Shown: positions 52,251-64,000 of the stretch, one piece after another
Layout: every line of letters begins with the position of its first letter
Numbering within the stretch: position 1 is the stretch's first letter
Source of the DNA: Eledone cirrhosa
Lineage: Eukaryota
Direction: 5' to 3'
NCBI GenBank assembly: GCA_964016885.1
Contig: OZ024740.1
Coordinates: 103,478,001 to 103,542,000, forward strand
DNA: 64,000 bases
Position numbers and translations under genes: made by a program
Notes under the pieces: model-generated
Database searches by the model: none
What the model saw: the letters and a program-made list of their open reading frames with translations, nothing else
What the model was told of the DNA's origin: nothing

Positions 52251-52727
52251 GTTGTGCTAGTCATTGGGTATGACTCCCTGTATTACTTGAGTTACTCCTG
52301 AAATTTGGACTGCAGATGGTTAGTTCAATTGCAGTACAGAATTCCAGGAGTCTCAGCCCTTCATTATTTGAGCTATAACCACCATGAACTCTGCTGAATC
52401 CATCCTATATTTAAATTTTATTTTATTTTTCTGAAAATCATCTTGGTCAAGAAATATTCTTTTAGAATATTTCTTTTTCCCTTAACAAGTGCTGATCATT
52501 TTGTAATAGTCTTAGGTTTTTAGGTTTACAAAACTACAAATAAGGGTGATCAAAAAGTAGCAAGCCACTTGGAAATATCCTTTTTGGTCAGAGGGCTAAG
52601 AAAGTATTGAGTACTATAAATAAAGGAGAAGAAAACTATTTTTGCATACAGTATCAATATATACAGTGTTTCTACTTCTTTCAAAGAGTTACACATGTCC
52701 ATAGTAGATACCTAAAAACGTACTTAC

Positions 52728-52799
52728 CCCAAAATCAATTAGACTCTCTCCTGGTGGGGGTCGCAGAGGTTTTGCTGTTCGCACCTTTTCAGCTGCTTT
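52728..52799 (-). CDS. Syntaxin exon (KAAEKVRTAKPLRPPPGESLIDFG)
   Basis: ttgtag/gtaagt, phase 0-0; xAAEK plus 'LIxF' linker typical of the family. Confidence 0.85.
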
Positions 52800-53249
52800 C
52801 TACAACACATCAAAGAAAACACGAGTGAAAAAAATAACCATAATAATGATTTCTAACATAGGTTCAACACTACACTTTATGAAAAGGCAAAGTCCCATAT
52901 GAACAAGACAAAGTCACCCGACCTGGCACTGCCCACAATAGGACAACCCGTCTAACCCATGCTAGCGTGGAAGTATGGATGTAAAACGGTGATGATACAA
53001 CAACCACCATAATACCACTGATATTATTGCTACAATATATACAACACCTCTATACAATAGACATTAACGCTACAATATATATAACAACCATCATACCTCG
53101 AAACCATAGACAATGTTATATACACAACATCTACCACAGCTCTATATCATAACATACAACAATCACATTTTTGTATACCACAGACAATGTTATAACATAT
53201 ACAACAACAACCATACCATTGTATACCATACATTATTATTAGTTATCAT

Positions 53250-53603
53250 TTTTGCAGCATAATGTTACGTCCCTTTACGGTTTGAGTTCAAATCCCGCCG
53301 AGGTTAACTTTGCCTTTCATCCTTACTGGGTCGATAAAATAAAGTACCAGTAACATACTAGGGTCGATTTAATCGACTTTCCCCTCTCCCCAAATTACTG
53401 GCCTTGTTGTGCCTATAGTAGAAATCATTATTAGATATCAGGGTGGTGGATTGGCAGTATTGGTAGAGTTACGGCCCTTGCCATTCTGAGTTCAAATCCC
53501 GCCGAGGTTAACTTTGCCTTTCATCCTTACAGGGTCGATAAAATAAAGTACCAGTAATGCACTGGGTAATTGCTGGCCTTGTGCCAAAAGTAGAAACAAT
53601 TAT
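53250..53603 (+). mobile_element. Two tandem SINEs ending ~23 nt from a syntaxin donor site
   Basis: B-box plus central domain twice. Confidence 0.8.
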
Positions 53604-53626
53604 TAGATATCATTAGCTTTACTCAC

Positions 53627-53701
53627 TTTCTGAAGTTCTGTGAATTTTTTGAAACTTTCTTCAAAATCATTCCGCAACCTTTCTAACTCAAATTTTCTGT
53701 T
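53627..53701 (-). CDS. Syntaxin exon, Hc helix (NRKFELERLRNDFEESFKKFTELQK)
   Basis: ERLxNDF...FxxxQ motif; cttcag/gtgagt. Confidence 0.9.
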
Positions 53702-53894
53702 CTGAAGAATGGAAAATATAGAAAAATATATAAAACCTAGTCAAATAAGAAAACGAACAATTTTCAACACATGGGATTTGATATGGTTATAGATATTGTG
53801 ATTGGTAGAGGACTAACACATGAGATACAGCTATCTTTACAAGAAACTTGATAAGTACAAAGAAATATTGATTTATTTGTTATTTGACAACCCA

Positions 53895-53992
53895 CCATAT
53901 ATACTCGAATATAAGTTGAATATGTGACAAAAAATAAAATAAAATAAATCGATAGTTAAATGGGGGATTGGCTTACATTTAAGTATATACGG
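53895..53992. mobile_element. Short MITE of the same family as 11041
   Basis: CCATATATACTCGAATATAAG ... CTTACATTTAAGTATATACGG|TA. Confidence 0.6.
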
Positions 53993-54558
53993 TACTTAAT
54001 TCTACAGACACGAGTTGATTACTGATCCTATGGATCTCACGAAGTGAATGAGATAAATCTCCCTCCTGGACTGGACACCAGTATGTTGTATTATAATGAA
54101 TCACCAATATAAACTGCAGGTGTGCTGTGTAATGGTAAACTACCCATTCAAACAACGAGGAAGTTTATGTGGTTACTTCATCTGCTGAAAATTACAGCCA
54201 CATTTCCCTCAAATCAAACCCTACTGTCATATATGAGCAGGACACAGCTAATGTAGTCCAACATACCTCTCAAAAAATGTGATGGTTATGGTCTGAGTGA
54301 TAAGGGGCTTAACAACAGATGTGCTAAGTGATGGTGAATCATCAATATAAACTGCAGGTGTACTCTCTTATACACCACATAAATCACAGGTGTGTTGTGT
54401 AATGGTGAACCACCCATAAGAAGAGACATGTATGTTGCGTGATGATGAACCTCACTCTCACATAACTGACAAATATTTAAATATATAAATGTATGTATGA
54501 TGGGGGAAGACATATACAGCAAGTTGAAAACATGTAAAGAATAAAAAATGACACTTAC

Positions 54559-54646
54559 TTGAGAAAGTTTACGATTTCGGACAATTATTTTGACTAGCTT
54601 AGCAGTCTCTGTAACAGTCTCATTTGTAGATTGAGAGGTTTCATGG
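54559..54646 (-). CDS. Syntaxin exon, Hb helix (HETSQSTNETVTETAKLVKIIVRNRKLSQ)
   Basis: TNxxxxET motif; attcag/gtaagt, phase consistent. Confidence 0.87.
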
Positions 54647-54674
54647 CTGAATATATAAGTATTACATTGAATGG

Positions 54675-55515
54675 AATATATCTGATATGAACCACTTAAT
54701 TTTCTAAAATAATATGTATTGTAAACTAGAAAATATTTTTAAACCATAAAGAATTGTTAAAGTATGCGTTATTGGTTAAAATATTGATTTCAAACTTTTA
54801 CATAAGGTAACAAAGTTGTATAATGAATTGCACTGAACTCAGAACATTAGTCACTTATTTTATTGACGCTGGTGGAATGAAAGGCAAAAATCAACTCTAG
54901 TGGTGTGGTAAGGTGTGACCTAACATGTAGAATGTGTGCAGTTAATATAAAAACTGTAATGGTGTTATGTGATATGTACAGTCAATTATGAACCGTAATG
55001 GTGTTATGTGATACATGTAGTTAATACAAACTTTGAAGAATATTATTAAAATGTCCATAATCTTGAAAAGAAAAAAAAATGTATTATAAAAATTTGTAGA
55101 CTTACATTCTGTCTCTTAAAACATTACTGTCCCTTTCGGTGCCAATAATTTTCATAGCCTTGCTCAAATTATTAGCTGCAATGGAAATTATGGAAATTAC
55201 TAACATTATTATTATACAAATAAAGGTAACAGTTAAAAGGACAACACAAATATTATATTAGAATAATATATCTGATATGAACCACTTTATTTTCTAAAAT
55301 AATATGTATTGTAAACTAGAAAATATTTTTAAACCATAAAGAACTTAATAAAGTATGCGTTATTGGTTAAAATATTGATTTCAAACTTTTACATAAGGTA
55401 ACAAATTTGTATAATGAATTGAACTAAGCTCATTACTGTCACTTATTTTATTGATACTGGTGAAATGAAAGGCAAACTCAACTCTAATGGTGTGATAAGG
55501 TGTGACCTAACATGT
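54675..55515. repeat. ~250-bp direct repeat pair (54675-54928 and 55265-55515)
   Basis: Highly similar by direct comparison; offset ~590 bp. Confidence 0.9.
55106..55175 (-). CDS. Syntaxin exon (ANNLSKAMKIIGTERDSNVLRDRI)
   Basis: GTxxDSxxLR motif between Ha and Hb; ttgcag/gtaagt. Confidence 0.9.
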
Positions 55516-56582
55516 CATCTAGTGTACCACAGGGATCTGTTCTTGGCCCCCTTTTGTTTGTGGCATATATTAATGACATAGATGAAAACTTTAAAAAATG
55601 CCACAGTACTGAAATATGCAGATGACATCAAGCTGTACCTTGAGATAAAAAGGACAGATCCTGAACACTATAGATCTTGCCTGCAATCTGACCTGGACAC
55701 AATGCAACAATGGATCACGGACTGGCAACTGAAACTGGCTGTGGACAAGTGTACCACCATGCATTTTGGGAGTAAAAACCCAGCATCCACATACACCCAA
55801 CACAACACTAATATCAAGAAGTCTTCTTGTGAACGTGACCTGGGCATTACTGTCAGCAGCGATTTGCATTGGATGCAGCACATCTCTAAAATTGTCAAGA
55901 AGGCCGAGGGTGTCTTAGCATCACTCAGCAAGACTTTTGTCAGCCCTCTCCAGCTATCTATTTAAAGTTGTACATATCTATGGTGCAGCCACACTTAGAA
56001 TTTGCATCACCAGTCTGGAACCCCTATCTTGCCCAGAGCATTGACCACCTGGAAACTGTTCAGAGACGTGCAACCAAGCAAATACCCTCCATCAGACACC
56101 TACCATACTCTGACCATCTTGCTTCCCTGGGCATGGATATATTGAAGCTCCAACATCTGGCAACTGACTTGGTAAACACCCACAAAATTATTAACCATCT
56201 TGCCAACAACAACCCTGAGTACCTTTTTGATTTCCATGTGTCTAACACACATGGGCATGTCCACAAAGTCAGAAAACAGCACAGTCCCCATGACTTTCGG
56301 AAACATTTTTTTATGCTCAGAGTTGCTGAAGCATGAAACAAACTACCGGCATCAGTTATTAGCTGTCAAGACACTGCATCCTTTAAAACCTCCATGCTTC
56401 CTGAGATTTGCCAACACTACACCTAATATTCCCCCTGCATACACACGCACATGTATATCAGGACTCGCACACTATTTACTTCCCTGACATTTGTATATTA
56501 TTCTATGTACTATACATGCACCTTTGATGAGTTGTAGTGCACCTGAGCACTGTACATAATAATTTCATTATTATTATTATTA
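55516..56582 (+). mobile_element. CR1-type LINE, 5'-truncated
   Basis: VPQGSVLGPLLF, KYADDIKL, ERDLG; (TTA)n tail. Confidence 0.92.
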
Positions 56583-56773
56583 TGGTGGATTGGCAGTATC
56601 GGTAGAGGGTCGGACGCCATGCTTTCCAGCATAGTTACGTCCCTTTACGATCTGAGTTCAAATCCCGCCGAGGTTGACTTTGCCTTTCATCCTTACAGGG
56701 TCGATAAAATAAAGTACCAGTAATGCACTGGATAATTGCTGGCCTTGTGCCTAAAGTAGAAACAATTATTATT
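56583..56773 (+). mobile_element. SINE directly after the CR1 (TTA)n tail
   Basis: Full head, central domain and tail. Confidence 0.82.
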
Positions 56774-58101
56774 ATCAGTCAAAAGTTAGAGAGGGGATTC
56801 TGAGAACTTAACTGGCTAAATCTTTCTTTTATAAGCCTTGACATTGAGTTTACATATCAAAGAAATGCATCAGCATTATATTCTCTTTACACCTGAACAA
56901 CACACAGCTAAAATCTTCATAAATTTTACAAATGCTCAACCTCAAAGCCTCCATGTTGACCAGACATCAATAAAATTGTGAAAATTACACATCAAAGACA
57001 AGACTTCTTATTTAGGTAAAAAAAAAAAAAAAACTAAAAGAAAATGAACACATTCTGACCATACACTCAGTAAAATGTGCCAGACATATTCACACATGAA
57101 GGACACAGTAGCTTCAACACACACAAACTTTCTAGGTCATCATTGTACGTTTCATATGAAGGTGAATCTCTGTTTGGCCTGTTGCTGTATCATAGCTATG
57201 TGAGACAGGGTTTATAGATATTATTTGGAAAGAAAGATTTTCCCCTACAAACATACTTTTCACTTTACCACAAAGAAAAGCAAAAGATGTATAGTAACTA
57301 GACAGCATCAGTACTTTTTAACTGAACTGGTACTTTTTAACTGAACTAACAAACACGAACCACAAGAATAGCATCAACAGGATGTGAACCAACATATGTG
57401 AAACACTGAGCTGGGCACTTCAAATGATTTAGTTTAAATCTCAAACTCTTACATCAACTTCAGACATTGAAACAAGATTTTTTTAATGAATATGATATCC
57501 TGGGTTTATAAGATAGATGTATTGTATAGTTGGATAGATGTCCTTATGACTAACCCACCAATATTGAAATATAGGTTCAGTCAGGCAAACTGGAGCAAAG
57601 ATAGACACCATAATACAATGACAATGGTATAATTTGAACTTATGACCATTTGGTCAGTAGTAAATAACCTTTATGTCAATGTGAAAATAAAAAGGTAAAA
57701 ATAATCCATTAGAGTCAGATTCATACCTATACCAAAGGTATTAGTGAGTGTAAATGAAGGGAAATTGGGTGTAGTTACATTCATATCTATAGCAAAGGCA
57801 ATAGTAAGTGTAAATTAAAAGAAATGGTTTAAACTAAGAATTGAAATGACAACACTGCAGAACTTCTCATAATTATAAGAGAACGTTATTTGATAACAAA
57901 CAAAGGGAGACAAAACGAATTACTTGGACAGAAGCGATATAGGGTTGGTTTAACTAACCACAGTACATTACTAGTATTCAGTTCCATCTCTAACTGGTGA
58001 GAAAACAAAAGTATGTTGGAATGTAAATTATGGAAGAAGAATGAAACCAAATATTGCTAAATATTTAATCTTTTCATGTTCTTTCATTTCTATTAAGACA
58101 C

Positions 58102-58446
58102 TGTAGCGCCCCCACCCACTTGTGGGGGACATTAGAACTAAAATAAGAGTGCGTCCCTTTGTGACGGTAGTGACCCCTGGTGTCACCTACAGGAGGTAAA
58201 AGGAGTTACGTCCTATTGGCCACTATAAGTAAGAGGTTGAAAGATCAACTCTCTTTTTGACGCTTCGCAGCAATCTCATTAACAACACGCCAGAATGCAG
58301 AGCAAATCCTCAACTCACCAACAGCCTAAGGAGACTCCAGCCTCCTCACAATGAATGGTAAAATATATGTACGTTTCATTATTCACTTCTATGAAGTAAA
58401 CCAGTATAAACACACTGCTATTCTTATTCTTTGTACAATTGTAACA
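58102..58446 (+). mobile_element. Possible solo LTR
   Basis: TGTAG...TAACA ends, ATTGG and TATAA-like boxes, GC-richer than flanks; no clean TSD. Confidence 0.35.
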
Positions 58447-58599
58447 CAAATATGTTTACTAATACCACCCATTCTAAAACACTATTCTTAACTAAATGCC
58501 AAATATCTAGAGAACACAACTAAAACCATAGTGATAAAACATTATTTACTTATATAAAAAAAAAAGGAAAGCAAAAGAAGCTGTCAGATCTCTCACACA

Positions 58600-58634
<35 letters not shown>

Positions 58635-59410
58635 ATGTTGATTCCATTGGTGATACTATCTACCAGTTTCAATTCCTATCAGAAGCATCACAGCTTTTCT
58701 GGTGGCATAAGAAGGATTTGAACTCAGAATGCACAGAACCAGAGCAAATATCACAAACCCTCACATCTGACTTGAACAACTCCACCAATCCCCAGTATAG
58801 TACTGATACTTTATTGAACCTGAAAGGATGAAAGGCAAAGTTCATCTTGGGAGTATTTGAACTCAGGATCAGAACGCATTAATCCAATGCTCTAACAAGC
58901 CTGCCAACTTATGAAGACTGCCAGTTGAAATATATCACTAAATTAAATCATTGATTCCTCAATTAGAAGGTGACTGGGATTAGTATTAATTAGTAAGTGA
59001 CAGTGGATTAGTATATGGTAAGCAAGTACTAAAAATAAAAATAGAAATAGAAAGTTCTCAAGCTGTTATTCATGTGACTTGATAAAGATTAGTCAGTTTA
59101 AATAAACACATCAAATAGGCTTATCTTTATGTGTAATATATATAAAGTAAACAGAGGACAATACAGCTAAATGATACAGTACAATGAAGATAACGCTTCA
59201 TATAGTAGGAAAAGAGTCTTAACATTGGTTTACCAGGAGGTGGGCACATAGGACATGTTGATTTAGTAGTACTTCCCTGAGTGGTATGGTTCTGGTATAT
59301 GGGGTCAATTGGAGGCGTATGGGTTCTGTTTGTTTGGGTTTGTGGATAGTTTTGATTTAATCAGGAAGGATATATTTACATTCAAGTTAAGGCAATTGAC
59401 AGTCATAGTT

Positions 59411-59414
<4 letters not shown>

Positions 59415-59502
<88 letters not shown>
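59415..59502. repeat. (TA)n microsatellite
   Basis: Direct inspection. Confidence 0.95.
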
Positions 59503-59506
<4 letters not shown>

Positions 59507-60113
59507 GACGTAAATAAGAAAGTTATGAAAATTGACTTACTAAAATTTCACTCCAACTAATTAGTTTCTGTAAGGGGATAAATATGGTTACGGAGCATAT
59601 CCATAGAGAAGCCTTACGTCATCAGGGAGTCTATTCTCAGCTAAGCTTCCAGGCAATGCGGGGACACTGGGAACTTATATAAAAATAATTCAGTGGATGG
59701 AAAAAAAGCAAGCGGGGGCTAGATTCCAAGACATTGAAAAATTCACTGCCTACTTGGTCAAGTGGCAAATTCAAAAGAATCAATCACGTGACACTGAGGT
59801 TAATCAGCGAGGAGTGGGGGTGCTATTAAGACAGAGCCTAGCCACTACTATTAATCACAGTAATAATTTCAGCAAGTTTTGCTCAACAAATAATTTGGAG
59901 ATAATTATAAAGAATTAGTATATCTACCAACATATGTATACAGATGCATACCTATGTTAGCAAATATATATGTTTTGTCTTAGTAACTTTGTGGTTCTAT
60001 GCAAGGGGATGCAGAACAATTATATGAAAGACGTAAATAAGAAAGTTATGAAAATTGACTTACTAAAATTTCACTCCAACTAATTAGTTTCTGTAAGGGG
60101 ATAAATATGGTTA
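59501..60113 (-). mobile_element. Penelope-like remnant or non-autonomous element with ~90-bp terminal direct repeats
   Basis: 59501-59590 repeated at 60024-60113; hammerhead overlaps the repeat; flanked by (TA)n; no RT ORF seen. Confidence 0.6.
59550..59630 (-). ncRNA. Type I hammerhead motif in a pLTR-like repeat
   Basis: Stem I ACTCC/GGAGT, CTGATGA, stem II GTAAGG/CCTTAC, GAAA, palindromic ACTAATTAGT stem III, GTT triplet. Confidence 0.75.
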
Positions 60114-60393
60114 TATATATCCAAAATTAAATTAAGGGTGTCATGTCAGAGAGACATGCGCCATATCCACTGTAGAATATGCTCCAAGATTCCAATGAAT
60201 AGATCCGAGCATTTTATATCAACTAGAAATTGATTGACATATATATATATATATATATATATCTAAAATAAACATATGAAACAATCATCGGGAACAATTT
60301 ACAAATTATTCCCTGCGATTGTTTCATATGTTTATTTTAGATATATATATATATGTCAATCAATTTCTAGTTGATATATATATATATATATAT

Positions 60394-60678
60394 GGAAGTA
60401 CGTGGCCTAGTGGTAAGGTTGTTGGACATATGACCATAAAGTTGCGGGTTCAATTCCTGGACTGGGTTGTGTGATGTGTTCTTGAGCAAAACAGTTCATT
60501 TCATGTTGCTCCAGTATACTCAACTGAAAATGAGTACTAGCAATAGCTGGGAGTTTAACCCTGTGATGGTCTGGTGTCCTGTCCAGGAGGGAGTATTGTA
60601 CTCTCAGTTTCTTAACGCCATTGAAACTGGGATAAGCACCAGCCTGATGTGCCTCTGGGCTTGAGAGACTTTAGACTA
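60394..60678 (+). mobile_element. tRNA-derived SINE, third family
   Basis: GTGGCCTAGTGG A-box, GGTTCAATTCC B-box, CORE-like TTGAGCAAAACA segment, GAAACTGGGATAAGC tail. Confidence 0.7.
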
Positions 60679-61316
60679 TATATATATATATATGCTTTTT
60701 TTCTGGCCATCAAGGTTTGGATGGGTCATCTCAGACCAAGTTAGTACTTAGCTGGAGTCACAAAGCTCTCAGACATGCTGGGGTCACATCTTGCCTACAT
60801 TTGTTCCCAAATACTACCAAGTATATTTTATTATGGCATTTATTGAAGTTATGTCCTTGATTCAACTGAAGTGTCCTCTCTATGCTATGGTAATGGGGGT
60901 GATGACTTGTCTCATGTGAGCTGTTGAGGGAGAGAATAGGATGGAGGCATGTAGGATGATAAGCATGTTGTGACTAAAGGGTGGAGAGGGAGGATGAATG
61001 TATAAGGCCATGGTTGTATAACAAGGGCGATATGGTTTAAAGGGGTGATATGTAGTGAAGGTTGACAGAGTGATGTGAGAAAGGAGGGGTGACAAATGTA
61101 AGTGATTCCAGATACAGCGAAGGAAGTACAATAAAGATGAGAACAGTTACTAAAGTTATAACTTGCATGTTTGGGATTAAAAAGGAGTGGAGTGATTCTG
61201 GATAGAGTAAAAGAGGGAAGTAGTGGAGTGGAGATGAGTGGATCAGGTCACATTTTATAATACCAGGTGAGTTTTCTCTAACACACACACCAGATTGGTG
61301 GATAAGCTGGTCTTAC

Positions 61317-61382
61317 CTCCATTGTTTATTTTAAAAACATTATTTCCAATTTGTTTCAATATTTCATCAACATTTAGGGAAC
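61317..61382 (-). CDS. Syntaxin exon, Ha helix (SLNVDEILKQIGNNVFKINNG); start exon not found in window
   Basis: IxxNxxKI motif; ccacag/gtaaga, phase 1-1 fits next exon. Confidence 0.82.
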
Positions 61383-61430
61383 CTGTGGAGAATAATTGAG
61401 ATAATAATAGTAACAGTGATAACAATGATA

Positions 61431-61854
61431 AAAATAATAATAATAATAATGAAATTATTGTGTAAAGTGCTCAGGTGCACTACAACTCGTCAAAGGTGCA
61501 TGTATAGTACATAGAATAATACACAAATGTCAGGGAAGTGAATAGTGTACGAGTCATGATATACATATGTGTATGGAGGGGGAACATTAGGTGTAGTGTT
61601 GGCGAATCTCGAGAAGCATGGAGGTTTTAAAAGATGCAGTGTCTCGACAGCTAACAACTGATACAGGTAATTTGTTCCATGCTTCAGCAACTCTGAGCGT
61701 AAAAAAATGTTTCCGAAAGTCATGGGAACTGTACTGTTTTCTGACTTTGTGGACATGCCCACGTGTGTTAGACACATGGAAATCAAAAAGGTACTCAGGG
61801 TTGTTGTTGGCAAGATGGTTAACAATTTTGTGGGTGTTTACCAAGTCAGTTGCC
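61431..61854 (-). mobile_element. CR1-type LINE 3' fragment
   Basis: Close match to 56160-56582; (TTA)n tail. Confidence 0.9.
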
Positions 61855-62389
61855 AGCTTTTCTGCTGATTCGGCAATTCTACCACTGTAATAATAGTTAA
61901 TGTTTTCTTACCATATTTCTAATGACAGGTGCTGCCTATGATTTTCAAATAATTTTGAGGGACTTAGTATAACTAATATCCACTATTGAGCTGGTGTTTG
62001 AAACAAAAATGTTCTTGCACAAACTTATGTTTTTGGATGAATATCATCATCATCGTCTGCTTTCCCTGCTAGCAAGGGTTGGATGGGTCCACACAGACCA
62101 AGTCAGTAGCAAAGTGCAAGGCCAGGGATCTGTGTCTTGCTTATGTATAGTCTAATGTTCCACCGAGTACATAAGAGAGGTGGTCATGTCTCCCAACCCT
62201 TTGTTTTCAAGATTTCTGAGGCTGGATGCCCTTCCTATCACCAACCACTTTACAGCATCTACTAGGTGCGTTTATCATGTAAATCACCAACACTAGGGAA
62301 GCTGTCATGTTCTTGCACAACTGAAGGGTCCTTCCAACCCTTTTTATGCATTTAAAAATAGTTTTGTGCTTAGGGTGTAATTTGAGGTG

Positions 62390-62640
62390 GTTTGGTGGTA
62401 TCAAAAGTTAATCATTTTTAACTTAGACCCAACGCTACACATTCGGCACATTGCCACCATCAGCACAGAGTTGGCTACCCACAGTTGTGAGCTTTGCGAG
62501 CTGGAATGGCTCTTCCAGCACATCTCCTTCACCGTCCTCCAGGGAAATGCCTTCTCTATTCTGTCCGCCAGCCAGTGGGCCCCCATTTGCTTATATTAGT
62601 GAGAGATGGGGAAAGTGGGAGATATGGGGGCAGTGACAGT
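62390..62640 (-). mobile_element. Possible Tc1/mariner transposase 3' remnant
   Basis: ADGGNV-like C-terminus followed by AACTTTTGATACCACC TIR-like end; very degraded. Confidence 0.35.
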
Positions 62641-63004
62641 GTGAGTTTGGTTCCATTGTGTTTGGACCTAGTGTATATGTATGATTTCTGATGCAAATGA
62701 CTGATAAGTGAAACCAACCACTACACACCACTAGTTAATGATCATTAATGACTCCTATTGACCAAGAAACAAGCAAAACATTTGGTCACTATAAACATGC
62801 CAAGATTGTATTTTTTACTTGTTTCAGTCATTAGACTGTAGCCATCCTCAGTACTTATTCTAATATTCCTTTAGTTTTTATATAATTTTTAGAGAGTTAC
62901 CTCCCTTTCACGAAGTACATACTTTTGCACCGCCATACACATGTATGTATCTGTGTATATGCGTGTGCGCATATCTGTAAGTACATGCCTGCATACACAC
63001 ACAA

Positions 63005-63385
63005 GAACAATTAAAAAGCTCAAATGTAGCAAGGCTGCTGGGGAGAATGAAATTTGGCCAAAGATGTTAAAAGCATTAAATAGAGAAGGTATTCTATGGC
63101 TGACGTGTGTGCCGGGAGGCCTGGAAAGTCACCTAAGCAATGGCAATCAGGTGTGATAATTTTCAAAATGGGAGACAAGAGAGATTGTTCCAATTATAGA
63201 GAGATCATCTCGTTAAGCCTTCATGGTAAGGTCTATGCCAAGTGTCTGGTAATGAGATTGCAGAGAGATCGAGTTCAAGATAGCTGATGAACTGGGTGGT
63301 TTGCACCCTGGATGCAGTACAGCTAACCAAATATTCACACTGTGACAGGTCTTTGAGAAATCGTAAGAGTACTGTGAAAAGGTGT
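63005..63385 (+). mobile_element. Degenerate RTE-like RT N-terminal fragment
   Basis: IKKLKxxKAAG, EMLKAL-like, KxGDKRDCSNYR, GKVYAK. Confidence 0.8.
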
Positions 63386-63386
63386 A

Positions 63387-63500
63387 CAGTAATCCCCCGC
63401 TATATCATGGTTAACTTTTCGCGGTCCCGTTACTTCGCTGATTATTCTTTGGAACGTATCTAATTGCCTATCGCAGTAATCCTCGCTACATCACGGTTGG
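63387..63500 (+). mobile_element. Tigger/pogo-like terminal fragment
   Basis: TA|CAGTAATCCCCCGCTATATC, repeated at 63474. Confidence 0.5.
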
Positions 63501-63631
63501 AAGTAGTATCAAGACTGGCGGGTGTAAGATCAGTCAGCTGGATTTGCAGGATTTTAGCTCAATATGGTGTTGTGTGTTCATGTGCGTATGCGCGTGTGTG
63601 TGTGTGCGCGCGCACGTTCAGATATGTATAT

Positions 63632-63855
63632 TTATATATCTAAAACAGAGAATGTCTATCTGTCTGACTCCCTAAAACTCGAGAACCACCCAACCGATTG
63701 TTTTCAAACTTTACACATGTAATAATTATGGTCCTGTGAGTGTTTTGAGCAAAAATAATTTCAAATTTTCAATGCCCTAGGGACTGCATTAGGCGATCTC
63801 TCTCTATAATTCTTAGTCTTTCTTTAGATAGATACATAGGTACAACGTTGCGCCA
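63632..63855 (+). mobile_element. Partial non-autonomous Helitron related to the 40113-40635 element
   Basis: Shared TAAAACTCGA..ACCCAACCGATT..TTCAAACTTTACA segment. Confidence 0.6.
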
Positions 63856-63890
63856 TTATAATATGTCTATGTCTGGCTGTCTGCATTACG

Positions 63891-63892
<2 letters not shown>

Positions 63893-63942
<50 letters not shown>

Positions 63943-63956
63943 TGTGTATGCGTGTG

Positions 63957-64000
<44 letters not shown>
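63893..64000. repeat. (GT)n(TA)n compound microsatellite
   Basis: Direct inspection. Confidence 0.95.

Noticed and set aside
59697-59918. 73-aa ORF inside the hammerhead element
   Set aside because: Opposite strand to the ribozyme and no RT or GIY-YIG motifs
60394-60465. tRNA-like sequence with A and B boxes
   Set aside because: Continues into a SINE body and lacks a full acceptor stem; called SINE, not tRNA

Overview
AT-rich, repeat-dense metazoan genomic DNA; the repeat landscape suggests an octopod cephalopod (inference). Three spliced genes can be rebuilt by hand with consistent GT-AG phases. (1) IFRD1/IFRD family on +, 10 exons at 1124-17984, 5' end outside the window. (2) A complete, unnamed 2-coding-exon gene on - (30995-22453, 475 aa) with an N-terminal SAM domain, an S/T/P-rich linker and a basic helical, possibly BEN-like C-terminal domain. 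(3) A syntaxin-7/12-type Qa-SNARE on -, 9 exons at 61382-44186, start outside the window. Introns and intergenic DNA hold RTE LINEs with a PHD-like finger inside the RT, CR1-type LINEs, tRNA-derived SINEs, non-autonomous Helitrons, MITEs and mini/microsatellites. The least expected signal is five type-I hammerhead ribozyme motifs at four sequence-unrelated, Penelope-like loci (about 33.0 kb on both strands, 35.2, 39.5 and 59.6 kb). They have palindromic or near-palindromic stem/loop III, and three of the four loci share a non-canonical U-U pair at the base of stem II. Repeat boundaries are approximate; exon and ribozyme coordinates were counted by hand.
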